A stretch of DNA of 64,000 nt from an uncultured delta proteobacterium (GTDB lineage Bacteria; Myxococcota_A; Polyangia; Polyangiales; Polyangiaceae), in assembly GCA_963716725.1 (NCBI GenBank), contig CAVQUB010000008.1:1-64000 (forward strand), read 5' to 3'. Position 1 is the stretch's first letter. Each line of letters starts with the position of its first letter. The notes beneath the pieces are model-generated. The model made no database searches, was not told the DNA's origin, and saw only the letters and a program-made list of their open reading frames with translations. Both the position numbers and the translations under genes were made by a program. Of this stretch, positions 22,551 through 36,579 are shown one piece after another.

Positions 22551-23105
22551 TCACCAGGCTCCGTCGTCTTCGTTCCCGGTGCCGCCGAGCGCGCGCCGGG
22601 CGACGTCCATGCTGAAGCCCGCGCGGGCCAGCGCGCCGAGATCCTTGTGGCGGTTCTGCGCGCGCTCCGCTTCCGGCCGGTGCGGGCCGATGCGGCGTCG
22701 ACGCACGAAGGCACGGGCCGCTTGCAGCTCGGCGTCGACGCCTGCCTCCGCGTCGAGCCCCTTCAGGGCCTGAGTCGCGACTTCAGAGTCGACGCCTCGG
22801 AACCGGAGCTTCTGCACGATGGCTCGACTCGAAGCGCCGCGGCGCCTGAGCCCCGCGGCCAACGCGCCGGCGAAGCGCGCGTCGTCGAGCAGGCCGCTAG
22901 CCTGATAGCGCGTGAGCAGAGCTTCAATCTGCGCCGTAGAATCGGTGACCGCGGCGGCGCCGCGCTCCGCTGCCGCGCGTCTCACGTAGGTCGCGAGCAC
23001 GCGCCTCAGGTTCTTCGCGGACGAGTCGAAGCGATCCAGATAGCGCAGCGCCTTTCCATCCAGCTCTTCGGGCGTCACCGGCCCGGTTCGTTTGTTCTTT
23101 GCCAT
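22551..23105 (-). CDS. recX: RecX family regulator
   Basis: ALRYLDRFDSSAKNL, LLDDARFA, RGASSRAIVQKLRFRGV, ALARAGFS. Confidence 0.85.
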   Translation of the reverse strand: MAKNKRTGPVTPEELDGKALRYLDRFDSSAKNLRRVLATYVRRAAAERGAAAVTDSTAQIEALLTRYQASGLLDDARFAGALAAGLRRRGASSRAIVQKLRFRGVDSEVATQALKGLDAEAGVDAELQAARAFVRRRRIGPHRPEAERAQNRHKDLGALARAGFSMDVARRALGGTGNEDDGAW

Positions 23106-23107
23106 GG

Positions 23108-23314
23108 TCAGGGCCCGGTGCCGAGCACGCGCATGCCAAGCGCCGGCCCTTCGCCGTGCCCGTCGGCCGTGAGATCCATCCACAGCGCCAGACCCCACCA
23201 CTGGCCGAAGCGCCGGTAGCTCCGCATCAGCGTGCGCTCGCCGGGTGCGCGGCCCGAAGGTGACCGCTGGGCGAGTCGGTCGCCTCGCTGGCGCCGCGAG
23301 CAGCCCGAGCGCAT
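23108..23314 (-). pseudogene. Possible 3' remnant of an HhH-GPD DNA glycosylase-like gene
   Basis: ERTLMRSYRRFGQWWGLALWMDLT resembles the C-terminus of that family (recalled, not searched). Confidence 0.35.
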
Positions 23315-23328
23315 GACCACGGGAGCTC

Positions 23329-25029
23329 TCACTTCTTGTCCGAGGCGGGCGCGGCTGCCGGTCCAGTCGTGGAGATGTCGAAGAGTACCCTGCCGCCGAT
23401 GAAGAGAAACTGATGCAGTCCGGTGCTGGAAATCTTGCTGGACTCACTGAAAGTGGTCCACCCGTATTTGTTCGCCCCGCTATCGTAGGTGAGTTGGTCG
23501 CCCTCGACTGCGCGGTCGGTGTAGGTCCCCACGCTGAGCGCGGCCAGCGGGCCCACCCAAACATGATTGGACAACTTGAAGTCAACGCCGCCTTGTAGGC
23601 GAAGCATTTCCAGTCCGCGCAGCGTGGCGGTGTAGGCCGCGTCCACTCCTCCGCCAGAGTCCTTGCGCGCGACGCGCAACCAGCGGTAACCGAACCCGCC
23701 GGCGATCCAAGGGCGCAGGCGACCCGAGGCGGGAGCGAGGTAGAGCAGCTGTGGCCCGACGCCGATCACCGCCACCACGCATTGGGTGTTGCTGTTTGGG
23801 ATCGACTTGTCGGCGTCGCAAACGGTCTCGCCGCCGCCGTGGAAGGCGCCGTCGCTCCAGAGCCCCAAGGCGATGGTTCGCGAAATGCCGAACCCGAGAT
23901 CCAAGCTGAACGCCACGCCGGGTGATGCCAAGACATCCGACTGCGGGCTGTCTTCGCGGACGTCGCCCAACGCGACGCTCAGGCCGACCGCGGGCGCAAT
24001 CAGGATCTGTCCGCGCACGCCCGGCGTCGCGCTGGAAGAGTCGGGCTCAGCGGCAGTCGGCTCGGTGCCCGCTGCCGCGAGAGCGGGTTTGGGATCTGGC
24101 CCAGGTGTTGGCACGGGCGCGGGCGTTGGCACGGGCGCGGGCGTTGGCACGGGCGCGGGTGTTGGCGCGGGCGCGGGTGTTGGCGCGGGCGCGGGTGTTG
24201 GCACGGGCGCGGGTGTTGGCGCGGGCGCGGGTGTTGGCACGGCGGTGGTTCCACCCTTGGCCACGCACTCGCCTTCGCGAGTGCAGCTCTCGTTGGCCGC
24301 ACACGGTGGGTTGCACGAGCTCACGCATGCGCCCTTCACGCACGTGAAGCCGTAGCGACAGGCGGGGAAGCACGCCGCGTTCTCGGGGGGCTTCGTGTGG
24401 GCGGGTGCCGGTGCGGGAGCAACTGGTGCCGGCGCAGGAGCGGGGACTGGAGCGGGAGCCTCGGTCGCGGCCGGCGGAACGGGTGCGGGCAGGGGCGCGG
24501 GCGCGGGCGGGACGAACGCGGGCGCGGGCAGGGGCGCGGGTGCGGGCGGTGCGTCCAGCCGTGACATCGTGCACGTCGCGCTCGGAGCGCTCGTGGGTTT
24601 GGTCGTGCGGCCTTGCTTGCCCTTCGAGACTCCGGTGTAGACGATGCGCGTCCCGGACTTGCCGGGATCACGCGGGATGACGTACTCCCACCCCGAGCTC
24701 AAGACCCAGGTGAAGAAGTGATCGCCGTCGCCTTCCGCCCAGGTGTTGGTGATCACCGTGCCTTCGCCGACTCGATCCATTTCCGCGAGCGCAACGCCAC
24801 CGGATGGCTCCTTGAGCAGCCAGTATTCCGCGTGGGTCGTTCCTTGGATCGGGGAGCCGTCGGCCGTGTTGACGCAGCCATCGACTTTGTACTTTGCCAC
24901 GACGCGTTGTTTCTCGCTTCCGTCGGCGAAGTGCCCCCCGTTGAGAAACATCGATGCGCAGCCCGCCTGGGAGACCGCCGCGAGGAATGAAGCGGCCGCC
25001 AGCGCCCTGGTTTCCAATGTCCTCACCAT
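23329..25029 (-). CDS. Multidomain surface protein: putative lipoprotein N-terminus, Pro-rich linkers, 8-Cys module, C-terminal OM beta-barrel
   Basis: SQAGC; CFPACRYGFTCVKGACVSSCNPPC; PTPAP repeats; RPWIAGGFGYRWL-type strands. Confidence 0.7.
   Translation of the reverse strand: MVRTLETRALAAASFLAAVSQAGCASMFLNGGHFADGSEKQRVVAKYKVDGCVNTADGSPIQGTTHAEYWLLKEPSGGVALAEMDRVGEGTVITNTWAEGDGDHFFTWVLSSGWEYVIPRDPGKSGTRIVYTGVSKGKQGRTTKPTSAPSATCTMSRLDAPPAPAPLPAPAFVPPAPAPLPAPVPPAATEAPAPVPAPAPAPVAPAPAPAHTKPPENAACFPACRYGFTCVKGACVSSCNPPCAANESCTREGECVAKGGTTAVPTPAPAPTPAPVPTPAPAPTPAPAPTPAPVPTPAPVPTPAPVPTPGPDPKPALAAAGTEPTAAEPDSSSATPGVRGQILIAPAVGLSVALGDVREDSPQSDVLASPGVAFSLDLGFGISRTIALGLWSDGAFHGGGETVCDADKSIPNSNTQCVVAVIGVGPQLLYLAPASGRLRPWIAGGFGYRWLRVARKDSGGGVDAAYTATLRGLEMLRLQGGVDFKLSNHVWVGPLAALSVGTYTDRAVEGDQLTYDSGANKYGWTTFSESSKISSTGLHQFLFIGGRVLFDISTTGPAAAPASDKK
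24105..24241. repeat. 18-bp coding tandem repeat, about 7 copies (PTPAPA/PTPAPV)
   Basis: (gtgttggcRcgggcgcgg)n read directly. Confidence 0.85.
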
Positions 25030-25257
25030 CTCGCCACCCCGTGGGCACCGACGCTAACTCAAATCGGAGCTCCGTTCCAAGGCCCTCGCCTCGCACCGGC
25101 GAGTGCACGAATCCGTCGCAGCGTAGAGTCGGCGAGGCGGGCGCTGGTGCAGACTCGCGCAGGGGCCGAGCGATTGAGGGCGCAAGGGACCCGCGGTGGC
25201 TCGACGCCCGTGTTGCAGGCGGCGTGGTAGTGTCTAGGCCCAGAGAGGGGTGGGAAG

Positions 25258-26184
25258 ATGAAGCATTCGCCGATGCTGCTTTCGCTGGGACTCGCGTTGC
25301 TCGCCGCGGCGGCATCGCCGCAGGCGGTCGCGCAGCCGCACCTGGAGTGCGCGCCGCCCTGTAGGACGGGCTACCTCTGCCACCAGGGCCAGTGTGTCTC
25401 CGCGTGCAACCCACCCTGCTCGACCGGAGAGAACTGTAGCGCGGAAGGACAGTGCGTCGCCCCGCCGCCGCCCGCATCGGTCCCGCCCGCGCCGCCGCCT
25501 GCTGGCCCGGGCGTGCAACCTGCTGGCCCGGGCGTGCAACCTGCTGGACCAGGCATGCAACCTGCTGGTCCGCCCATGGGGCAGGCGCCGCAGTATCCGC
25601 CACAGGGGCCGCCGCCAAATGCTCCGGCGAGTGACGAGGGCTTTCCCTACCACCGGCTTCGAATTGGAGTCGGCGGAGGCGTTGGGATCGCCGCGGTCAG
25701 CGAAGGTAGCGGCTACCCGTTTGGGTTTCAGGCCGCGATCGCCATCCCGCTTGGCGCTCGAACCTACGTCCGCGCAGATCTCCTCGTGACGTACTTCACC
25801 ACGAGCGCGGACGACGCCTACGACGTCGGTGGTGGGGTCTCGAACCCGACCTACATCGACTCCGAGCGCTTGCTCATTGCCGTGCGCCCCGCGATGGGTC
25901 TGCGCTTCTCAGACCTGATTTCCGCACGCGCCGGCTTGCTCCTGGGTAACCTGAACCTCTACGCCGAGCACGGCCAGTGCGGTCAAGGCTACCAAGAGGA
26001 CGAGTGGGACAGCGCCGCCGTGGGTGGCAGCGCGGCTCTGGCCCTCCACGCGCGGCGCTACGAAATTGCCATCGTCGGCGATGTCTACTCCGCCGAGGCG
26101 CGGGCGTCCTGCAACTCTGGAGTACTGGAGCCCACCAGTGACACCCCGGTGCAGGTGTTGGCGTCGGGAACCTTCTTGTTCTGA
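25258..26184 (+). CDS. Secreted/OM protein with 8-Cys module, Pro-rich linker and small beta-barrel
   Basis: Signal peptide; CAPPCRTGYLCHQGQCVSACNPPC; ends …GTFLF. Confidence 0.7.
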   Translation: MKHSPMLLSLGLALLAAAASPQAVAQPHLECAPPCRTGYLCHQGQCVSACNPPCSTGENCSAEGQCVAPPPPASVPPAPPPAGPGVQPAGPGVQPAGPGMQPAGPPMGQAPQYPPQGPPPNAPASDEGFPYHRLRIGVGGGVGIAAVSEGSGYPFGFQAAIAIPLGARTYVRADLLVTYFTTSADDAYDVGGGVSNPTYIDSERLLIAVRPAMGLRFSDLISARAGLLLGNLNLYAEHGQCGQGYQEDEWDSAAVGGSAALALHARRYEIAIVGDVYSAEARASCNSGVLEPTSDTPVQVLASGTFLF

Positions 26185-26199
26185 GCGGGCTTTGCGCCG

Positions 26200-27126
26200 C
26201 TACTTGGTCGAACCGCTCCCCGCGCCGCGCCGGGCCGGCTCGACCAGGAGCACGCCCTCGAGGAAGAGCAGCCCCGACCAGCGCGGCACTCGCACGTCGA
26301 CCCTCTCGCCGACGTACTGCGGCGTGAAGCGCAGGCGTCCTTCGAGCCCCAGCGCCACCGAGAGCGGTCCCGCTTCGAGGGCTCCGCGCGCTCCGAGCGA
26401 AGCAAAGCCGGTCGTCACGGTGTGGCCCTCGACGTTGAACCACTCGCCGCCGGCGACCACCGCCGCGCCAAAGAACCGCGCGCGCGAGAACGGTGCTCCC
26501 CAACCAATGCCCGCGCCAACATCGTAGAACAACGCGGAGCTTGCCCTGGTGGTCCGCGCGAAGCGCGCGGACTCGGACAGCTGAAGCGACCACGGACCCC
26601 AGCCGACGCCGATGTCGAGGCGCGGTCCAAGCGCCGGCCCAAGGGGCTTGGCCAAGACCTCGGTCACCAGTCCGAGCCCGATGCCGCCGCTCTCGACCAC
26701 CGGCGTGGGACCTTCCTCGATCGGCGCGCGCGCTTCCCAGGTCGGAGATTCGTGCGGTGACGTTTGGGTTGGACGAGTCGCCGGTCGTGGCGTCGTGGGC
26801 GCAGTGCTGGAGACTCGCGCAGCCCGTCCTTCGATGGCATCGATCAACGCTTCGACGATCGAGCCTTCTCCGGCCACGTCGAGCACTTCCGCCGGGGGCG
26901 CGTTCCAGACCACCCACGCGCGCGTTGCGTCGCAAGCCACCAAGATCGCCCGCGGCGGATCGTCGCGGGTCCGAAGCAGGAGCTCGGCGCGAGCCCGGAG
27001 CTCGTCGGCCTGCTCGGCGCTCAGACGCTCGCAGGCCACGTCGATCTCCGCAGCGCCGCAAATACCCGTCATCGTGAGGATTGTTGCGACCGTCGCCCAG
27101 CCCCGCACGAGCCGAGCCTCGCGCAC
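26200..27126 (-). CDS. Hypothetical exported protein with barrel-like C-terminus, divergent from an ECF sigma
   Basis: Signal-like N-terminus; alternating hydrophobic strands. Confidence 0.55.
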   Translation of the reverse strand: MREARLVRGWATVATILTMTGICGAAEIDVACERLSAEQADELRARAELLLRTRDDPPRAILVACDATRAWVVWNAPPAEVLDVAGEGSIVEALIDAIEGRAARVSSTAPTTPRPATRPTQTSPHESPTWEARAPIEEGPTPVVESGGIGLGLVTEVLAKPLGPALGPRLDIGVGWGPWSLQLSESARFARTTRASSALFYDVGAGIGWGAPFSRARFFGAAVVAGGEWFNVEGHTVTTGFASLGARGALEAGPLSVALGLEGRLRFTPQYVGERVDVRVPRWSGLLFLEGVLLVEPARRGAGSGSTK

Positions 27127-27233
27127 TTTGCGTCGCTTGGAAAGAGGACCGATCCCGTTGCCCCGCCGCGTCGACTAATCTTCACGAAGGTGGCGTAGTG
27201 TCTCGAGCGGACCCAGGACTGCATTCGGCCGGC

Positions 27234-27803
27234 ATGGAACTCCCGCTGCGCCCTCCACCCGTGTTCGACCGTACGTCCGACCCGCCCGCCGAGCGAGCGG
27301 TGCCGGCGAACCTGCTTCAGCTCCTGTATCGACAGATGCGCGGGCTGGCGGGGCCGCGACCCGATCTGGACGATTTGGTCCAAGCAGCCGCCGAGCGCGC
27401 GCTCAAATCGTGGAGTCGTTTCGAGGGGCGATCGGCCTTCTCCACCTGGACCTACGGCATCGCCTATCGCACGATGATCGATCACGATCGCTGGCATCAG
27501 CGCTGGCGTCGGCGATTCAGCTTCTCGTCCGACGGCGAGATCGACCATGCCCAGCTCATCGACACAGAGGGCAACCTCGGGGAGTTGGTCCGTGCGCGAC
27601 GCCTCCGAGAGGTGCTCGCGGAGCTGCCGCCCACCAAGCGTGCGGTGGTCGTGCTCGCGGAGTTCGAGGGCCTCAGCATGAAGGAAATTTCCGAGATCGT
27701 CGGTGCCAACGAGCGCACGGTGCGCTCGCGCCTGCGCGACGCGAGGCAGAAGCTGGTGGAGCTTCTCAACGACGATCCCTTGTTTCAGGAGGCAGAGCGA
27801 TGA
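27234..27803 (+). CDS. ECF RNA polymerase sigma factor
   Basis: DLDDLVQ, FEGRSAFSTWTYGIA, EFEGLSMKEISEIVG, TVRSRL. Confidence 0.92.
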   Translation: MELPLRPPPVFDRTSDPPAERAVPANLLQLLYRQMRGLAGPRPDLDDLVQAAAERALKSWSRFEGRSAFSTWTYGIAYRTMIDHDRWHQRWRRRFSFSSDGEIDHAQLIDTEGNLGELVRARRLREVLAELPPTKRAVVVLAEFEGLSMKEISEIVGANERTVRSRLRDARQKLVELLNDDPLFQEAER

Positions 27804-28510
27804 ACGCGCGACAAGAGCGAGTCCTCGAGCTAGCCCGCGAAGCGTGGCGGGCGGATGAACCCAGCGAAGCAAGGGTCGAGGTGGCCGCACGGCGCATCGA
27901 ACGCCAGCTGCGGTCGCGGCGTCGATCGCGCCCGGCGCGGCGACACACCTTGGTGCTGGCCTTCATCGTCGTGTTCGGCGGGGCGGCGGCGTGGGCTGCG
28001 AGCGGGGGAGCGCCGCGGGTCTTTGGCTTCGGTCCCGCTCCTGCGTTGCCGGCGCTGTTGAGCACGGCTGCGCGCCCTGGTCTCGGAGCCGGCGTCGCGG
28101 TTCTGACGGCTCGAGCCCGCGTGACTTCGCAGATCACCGAGCCAGAAACGCATGCACTCGACCCGGCGGCGGAGCCAACGCTCGCGGCGCCTGGTGAGCC
28201 ACGGAACAAGACTCCCCGGGTCGCGGTCGTCGCGGAGGTTGCCCCGGCGGCGCCCGCTGCCTCGTGGCGTGAAGTCGCCCGAGCCCTCGACGCGAAAGAC
28301 GACGATCGGACTCGCCGAGCCCTGGAGGGGTTGGCGAAGTCCACGGACGCGACGACTCGCGCCAAGGCGCGCCTCGGTCTGGCCCAGCTGGCGCGGAGCC
28401 GCGGTGACTGCGCGACGGCCAAGCGAATCGCGGCCGAGGTCGCGACGATGCAGGGCGTCGAGTCCAGCGTCACTCAGCGTGCGGCGACGCTGGCCGCGGC
28501 CTGCGACTGA
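27800..28510 (+). CDS. Putative membrane anti-sigma factor with C-terminal TPR-like helices
   Basis: ATGA overlap with sigma; one [18 protein letters not shown]. Confidence 0.6.
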   Translation: MNARQERVLELAREAWRADEPSEARVEVAARRIERQLRSRRRSRPARRHTLVLAFIVVFGGAAAWAASGGAPRVFGFGPAPALPALLSTAARPGLGAGVAVLTARARVTSQITEPETHALDPAAEPTLAAPGEPRNKTPRVAVVAEVAPAAPAASWREVARALDAKDDDRTRRALEGLAKSTDATTRAKARLGLAQLARSRGDCATAKRIAAEVATMQGVESSVTQRAATLAAACD

Positions 28511-28634
28511 TCGCGGGCCAGAGGTCGCGGCGGCGGCAGCGGGAGGGTCGGGCGCGCCCTGGATCAGTCGTCTGGCGGCCCGGATGCGTGCGCCTCTACC
28601 CGGCGCGCGCAGGTCGCGCTACACCCGCGCCGCC

Positions 28635-30305
28635 ATGGATTTCATCTTCACGATGCAGGGGGTCACCAAGGTCCACCCCCCCGACAAGAAGGTCCTCGAG
28701 AACATCACGCTCGCGTTCTTGCCAGGCGCCAAGATCGGGGTCATCGGCTCGAACGGCTCGGGCAAGAGTTCGCTGCTGCGCATCATGGCGGGCGTCGACA
28801 AGGACATCTACGGCGAGGCCAAGCCGCATGTCGGGATCAAGGTCGGCTATTTCGCACAAGAGCCCGAGCTCGGTGATGCCAAGACGGTGCGCGAGGCCGT
28901 CGATGAGGGCGTGAAGGAGGTCCGCGGGCTGATCACCGAGTTCGAAGAGCTCAGCATGAAGCTCGGCGAGCCAATGAGCGACGACGAGATGGAGAAGCTG
29001 CTCGAGAAGCAGGGCACGCTTCAGGACAAGATCGACGCTCTCGACGCTTGGAACATCGACCAACACGTGGACGTCGCGATGGAAGCTCTTGAACTTCCGT
29101 CACCCGAAGCCGAGATCGCGAACCTCTCGGGCGGCGAGAAGCGTCGCGTCGCGCTGTGTCGCGTGCTCTTGAGCGCGCCGGACATGCTCTTGCTCGACGA
29201 GCCGACCAACCACCTCGACGCCTCGAGCGTCGCGTGGCTCGAACGATTCCTGAAGGAGTTCAAGGGCACGGTCGTCGCAGTCACCCACGATCGCTACTTC
29301 CTCGACGACGTGGCGGAGTGGATCCTCGAGCTCGACCGCGGTCGTGGCTTTCCCTTCAAGGGCAACTACTCGGGCTGGCTCGAGCAGAAGGGCGCGCGCC
29401 TGGCCCAAGAGGAGAAGGGCGAGAGCGCCCGGCAGCGCAAGCTCAAGCAAGAGCTGGAGTGGGTCCGGGCTTCCCCGCGGGCGCGCCAGGCCAAGAGCAA
29501 GGCTCGTCTTTCGGCTTACGACGAGCTGATGGACAAGAGCGCCAAGGGGCCGGCGGATCCCAGCGAGATCAGCATCCCGCCGGGACCGCGCCTGGGCGAC
29601 GTGGTGATCGAGGCCGATCACCTGGTCAAGGGCTTCGGCGACAAGCTCTTGATCGACGATCTCGAGTTCCGCCTGCCGCGCAGCGGCATCGTCGGGGTCA
29701 TCGGTCCCAACGGCGCTGGCAAGACCACGCTCTTCCGCATGCTGATCGGCAATGAGACCCCGGACTCGGGCGCGCTCCGCATCGGCGAGACGGTCAAGAT
29801 CGCCTACGTCGATCAGAGCCGTGAGTCGCTCGCCGGCGACAATAGCGTGTGGCAAGAGATCTCGAAGGGCGAAGACAAGATCGAGCTTGGCAAGCGTGAG
29901 GTCGCGTCGCGCGCGTATTGCTCGTGGTTCGGCTTCAAGGGCAGCGACCAGCAGAAGCGCGTCGGCACCCTCTCGGGCGGAGAGCGCAACCGCGTGCACT
30001 TGGCCAAGCTGCTGCGCGAAGGCGGCAACCTGCTCTTGCTCGACGAGCCCACCAACGATCTCGACGTGGACACGCTGCGCGCCCTCGAAGAGGCGCTGCT
30101 GGAGTTCCCCGGTTGCGCGGTCGTGATCAGCCACGATCGCTGGTTCCTCGATCGCATCGCTACTCACATCCTCGCCTTCGAGGGTGACAGCCACGTCGAG
30201 TGGTTCGAGGGCAACTACCAGGCCTACGAGGCCGATCGGAAGCGTCGGCTCGGGGTCGAGGCCGACCAGCCCCACCGCATCAAATACAAGCGGCTGCGGG
30301 GCTGA
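28635..30305 (+). CDS. ettA: Energy-dependent translational throttle ABC-F protein
   Basis: Two ABC domains ([16 protein letters not shown]), ELEWVR…[10 protein letters not shown] linker, QPHRIKYK tail. Confidence 0.95.
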   Translation: MDFIFTMQGVTKVHPPDKKVLENITLAFLPGAKIGVIGSNGSGKSSLLRIMAGVDKDIYGEAKPHVGIKVGYFAQEPELGDAKTVREAVDEGVKEVRGLITEFEELSMKLGEPMSDDEMEKLLEKQGTLQDKIDALDAWNIDQHVDVAMEALELPSPEAEIANLSGGEKRRVALCRVLLSAPDMLLLDEPTNHLDASSVAWLERFLKEFKGTVVAVTHDRYFLDDVAEWILELDRGRGFPFKGNYSGWLEQKGARLAQEEKGESARQRKLKQELEWVRASPRARQAKSKARLSAYDELMDKSAKGPADPSEISIPPGPRLGDVVIEADHLVKGFGDKLLIDDLEFRLPRSGIVGVIGPNGAGKTTLFRMLIGNETPDSGALRIGETVKIAYVDQSRESLAGDNSVWQEISKGEDKIELGKREVASRAYCSWFGFKGSDQQKRVGTLSGGERNRVHLAKLLREGGNLLLLDEPTNDLDVDTLRALEEALLEFPGCAVVISHDRWFLDRIATHILAFEGDSHVEWFEGNYQAYEADRKRRLGVEADQPHRIKYKRLRG

Positions 30306-30317
30306 TCGATTCGCCGA

Positions 30318-31542
<1,225 letters not shown>

Positions 31543-31603
31543 CGGGAACCTCCGGGAGGATCATACGCGATCCGCGGCCGCGCTGCGCCGTCCCCCGCCC
31601 GGC

Positions 31604-31975
31604 TCAGTTCGATGGCCAGGCGCGACGGCTGCCGAGGTCGTGCACCACGAAGCCTTTGTCGCGCAACAGCGCCGCGGCCTGGGCCGAGCGGGCGCCGACG
31701 GCGCAATAGGTGACGACGGCCTTCGACTTGTCGAGCTCGCCCACTCGGGCCGCGAGTTGGTCGACGGGAACGTTCACGGCGCCGGGCACGTGGCCCCCGG
31801 AGAACTCGCCCGCGCTGCGCACGTCGAGCAAGGTCGCGCCCTCGGCAACCAGCCGCTTTGCGCTCGCGCCGTCGACCCGACCGCCTTGGGCGGTGGACGA
31901 CTCCGACGCGCTGGCGCTCTCGCAACCAAACGCCGCGACGACGCCGAGGCACAGACAAAAGGTCGAGACGCGCAT
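31604..31975 (-). CDS. Rhodanese-domain lipoprotein
   Basis: Lipobox AFGC; LLDVRSAGEFSGGHVPGAVN; YCAVGARS active site. Confidence 0.9.
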   Translation of the reverse strand: MRVSTFCLCLGVVAAFGCESASASESSTAQGGRVDGASAKRLVAEGATLLDVRSAGEFSGGHVPGAVNVPVDQLAARVGELDKSKAVVTYCAVGARSAQAAALLRDKGFVVHDLGSRRAWPSN

Positions 31976-32067
31976 GGCGCGGTCTTTGCGCCGCGCGCGC
32001 CGCTCGTCAAGGGTTTGCGCCCGTCTCTGTGTCGGACCTCCGCGCTTCGGTGATAACCTGTGCGGCG

Positions 32068-33569
32068 GTGGAGGCGGATTCGCGGAACCCGTTGGAGCTC
32101 GAGCGCGACCTTTACCGGCGTTTGCTCGAGCTGGGCGAGCGCGAGGACGTGCTGCCCTTCCTCGACGAGGCACTGAACCTGGTGGTCGAGGTCACGGGTG
32201 CTCGGCACGGATACCTCGAACTCGGGTCCGGCGGCACGCCGAGGTTTTGGCTCGCGCGGGCCCTCGACGACTCCGAGGTGGAGCGTGTGCGCAGCGAGCT
32301 CTCATCCGGAATCATCGCCCGCGCGCTCTCGACGGGCAAGGCCGTGAGCACCGCCAGCGCCATCGACGATCCACGCTTCGCGGCCCAGGGCAGCGTCCAA
32401 GCTCAGAGGATCCGCGCCGTGCTCTGCGTTCCGATCGGCAGCCCTTCGGTCGGTGTCATCTACCTGCAGGGTCGATCCGAGCCGGGTCCCTTCCCGGAGC
32501 GCGATCAGAAGCTGGCCGGAGTGTTCGCGCGCCACCTGGCGCCCTTCGTCGACCGCTTGCTCGCGAATGAGACCGAGACACGCCGGCGCGACCACACCGC
32601 TGAACTTCGCGCGCGGCTCGCCGTTGGAGAGTTGATCGGGGCCAGTCAGGCGCTCGCGAAGCTGTTTCAGGGCATGCTCGTCGCGGCGCCCGTTGAGATG
32701 TCGGTGCTGATCGCGGGCGAGAGCGGCACCGGAAAGACGGCAGTGGCCCGTGCGCTTCACGCGAGTTCGCTCAGGAGTCACGGACCCTTCGTCGAGCTGA
32801 ACTGCGCCGCCATCCCGTCGACGCTGTTCGAGAGCGAGCTGTTTGGCGCCGAGAAGGGCGCGCACAGCACCGCCGACCGACGCATCGAGGGCAAGGTCGA
32901 CGGGGCTGCCGGCGGCACCCTGTTCCTGGACGAGATCGCGGAGATCCCTCTGGAGACTCAGAGCAAGCTCCTGACTTTCTTGCAGAGCAAGACCTACTAC
33001 CGCCTCGGCAGCAGCAGCCCGAGGACCGCGGACGTGCGCATCGTGGCGGCCACCAACGTGGACCTGCGCGAACAGGTCGCGAAGAAGCGCTTCCGCGAGG
33101 ACCTCTTCTATCGACTTGGCGCCCTCGAGCTCCACGTGCCGTCGCTGTCAGCGCGGAGAGACGACATTCCCGCCCTGGCTGACGCGGTGGCGCGCCGCAC
33201 CAGCAGCGCACACGGTCGCGATATTCCGCTCACGCGCGCTGCAAAGCTGGCGCTCTCCGAGGCAGAGTGGCCGGGCAACGTGCGCCAACTCGAGAATCTC
33301 GTGCAGCGCGGGTGGGCCACGGCTTCGGCGCTCGGTGCGTCTGCAATCGAGCCCAAGCACCTGTTCGGCGACGCGCCGGCGCAGGCTTCGGACGGGGACG
33401 CCCAGGCGCTCTCGTATCACGACGCCCTGCGCAGCTTTCAACGGCGCTTCATCCGCGAAGCGCTGGACGAGTGCGACTGGAACGTGACCGACGCCGCGCG
33501 TCGGCTCGAGTTGTCTCGGTCGCGATTGAACGAGCTGATTCGGTCGCTGGAGATCCAGCGCCCGGGGAA

Positions 33570-33573
<4 letters not shown>
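32068..33573 (+). CDS. GAF-AAA+-HTH sigma-54 enhancer-binding protein (GAHSTA loop variant)
   Basis: GAF, GESGTGKT, ESELFGAEKGAHSTA, LFLDEI, FREDLFYRL, WPGNVRQL, Fis-type HTH. Confidence 0.92.
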
Positions 33574-36089
<2,516 letters not shown>

Positions 36090-36167
36090 GGCATCCCGGT
36101 GGCCGGGAAACGAGCCACCACTGCCGCAAGATCTGGCGATCCGCCGCGCCGAACGCCGGCTTTCGCC

Positions 36168-36183
36168 CGGCACGCCTCTCGCA
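36168..36183 (+). promoter_or_regulatory. Putative sigma-54 promoter for the mini-ExbB gene
   Basis: CGGCACGcctcTCGCA with GG-N10-GC spacing, 60 nt upstream of ATG 36244. Confidence 0.55.
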
Positions 36184-36243
36184 ATGAGTCTGGGTACGGC
36201 GCCTAAGGTGGCGGTCGCAATTCGAAAGCAGGGTCCAAAGAAC

Positions 36244-36579
36244 ATGACGACGTATTTTCAAGACGGTGGTTACGCGATGTGGCTGATTCTGATCATCGCG
36301 CTCGGCTCGACCGCGGTCGCGGTGGCCAGCAAGGCCGAACGGCGATCGAAGGCGCTCTGGCTCGGCAGCTACGGGTCGCTGGTGGCGGGCGTCTTCGGCA
36401 TGTCCGCCGGCATGGTCGCGGTGAGCAGGAACATCTCGCGCTTCGCGGACAAGGGCGCAGCCGTCGCCGAGGGCCTGGGCGAGCTGAGCAACAACGGAAG
36501 CTTCGCCGCGATCCTCGCCGTGGTGCTCGCGGTCGCGGCGCTGATCACAGCCCCCAAAGCGACTCCTCAGAAGGTCTGA
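36244..36579 (+). CDS. Small 3-TM MotA/TolQ/ExbB-like membrane protein
   Basis: YFQDGGYAMWLIL…GVFGMSAGM…AVAEGLGELSNN; lacks the cytoplasmic domain. Confidence 0.6.
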   Translation: MTTYFQDGGYAMWLILIIALGSTAVAVASKAERRSKALWLGSYGSLVAGVFGMSAGMVAVSRNISRFADKGAAVAEGLGELSNNGSFAAILAVVLAVAALITAPKATPQKV

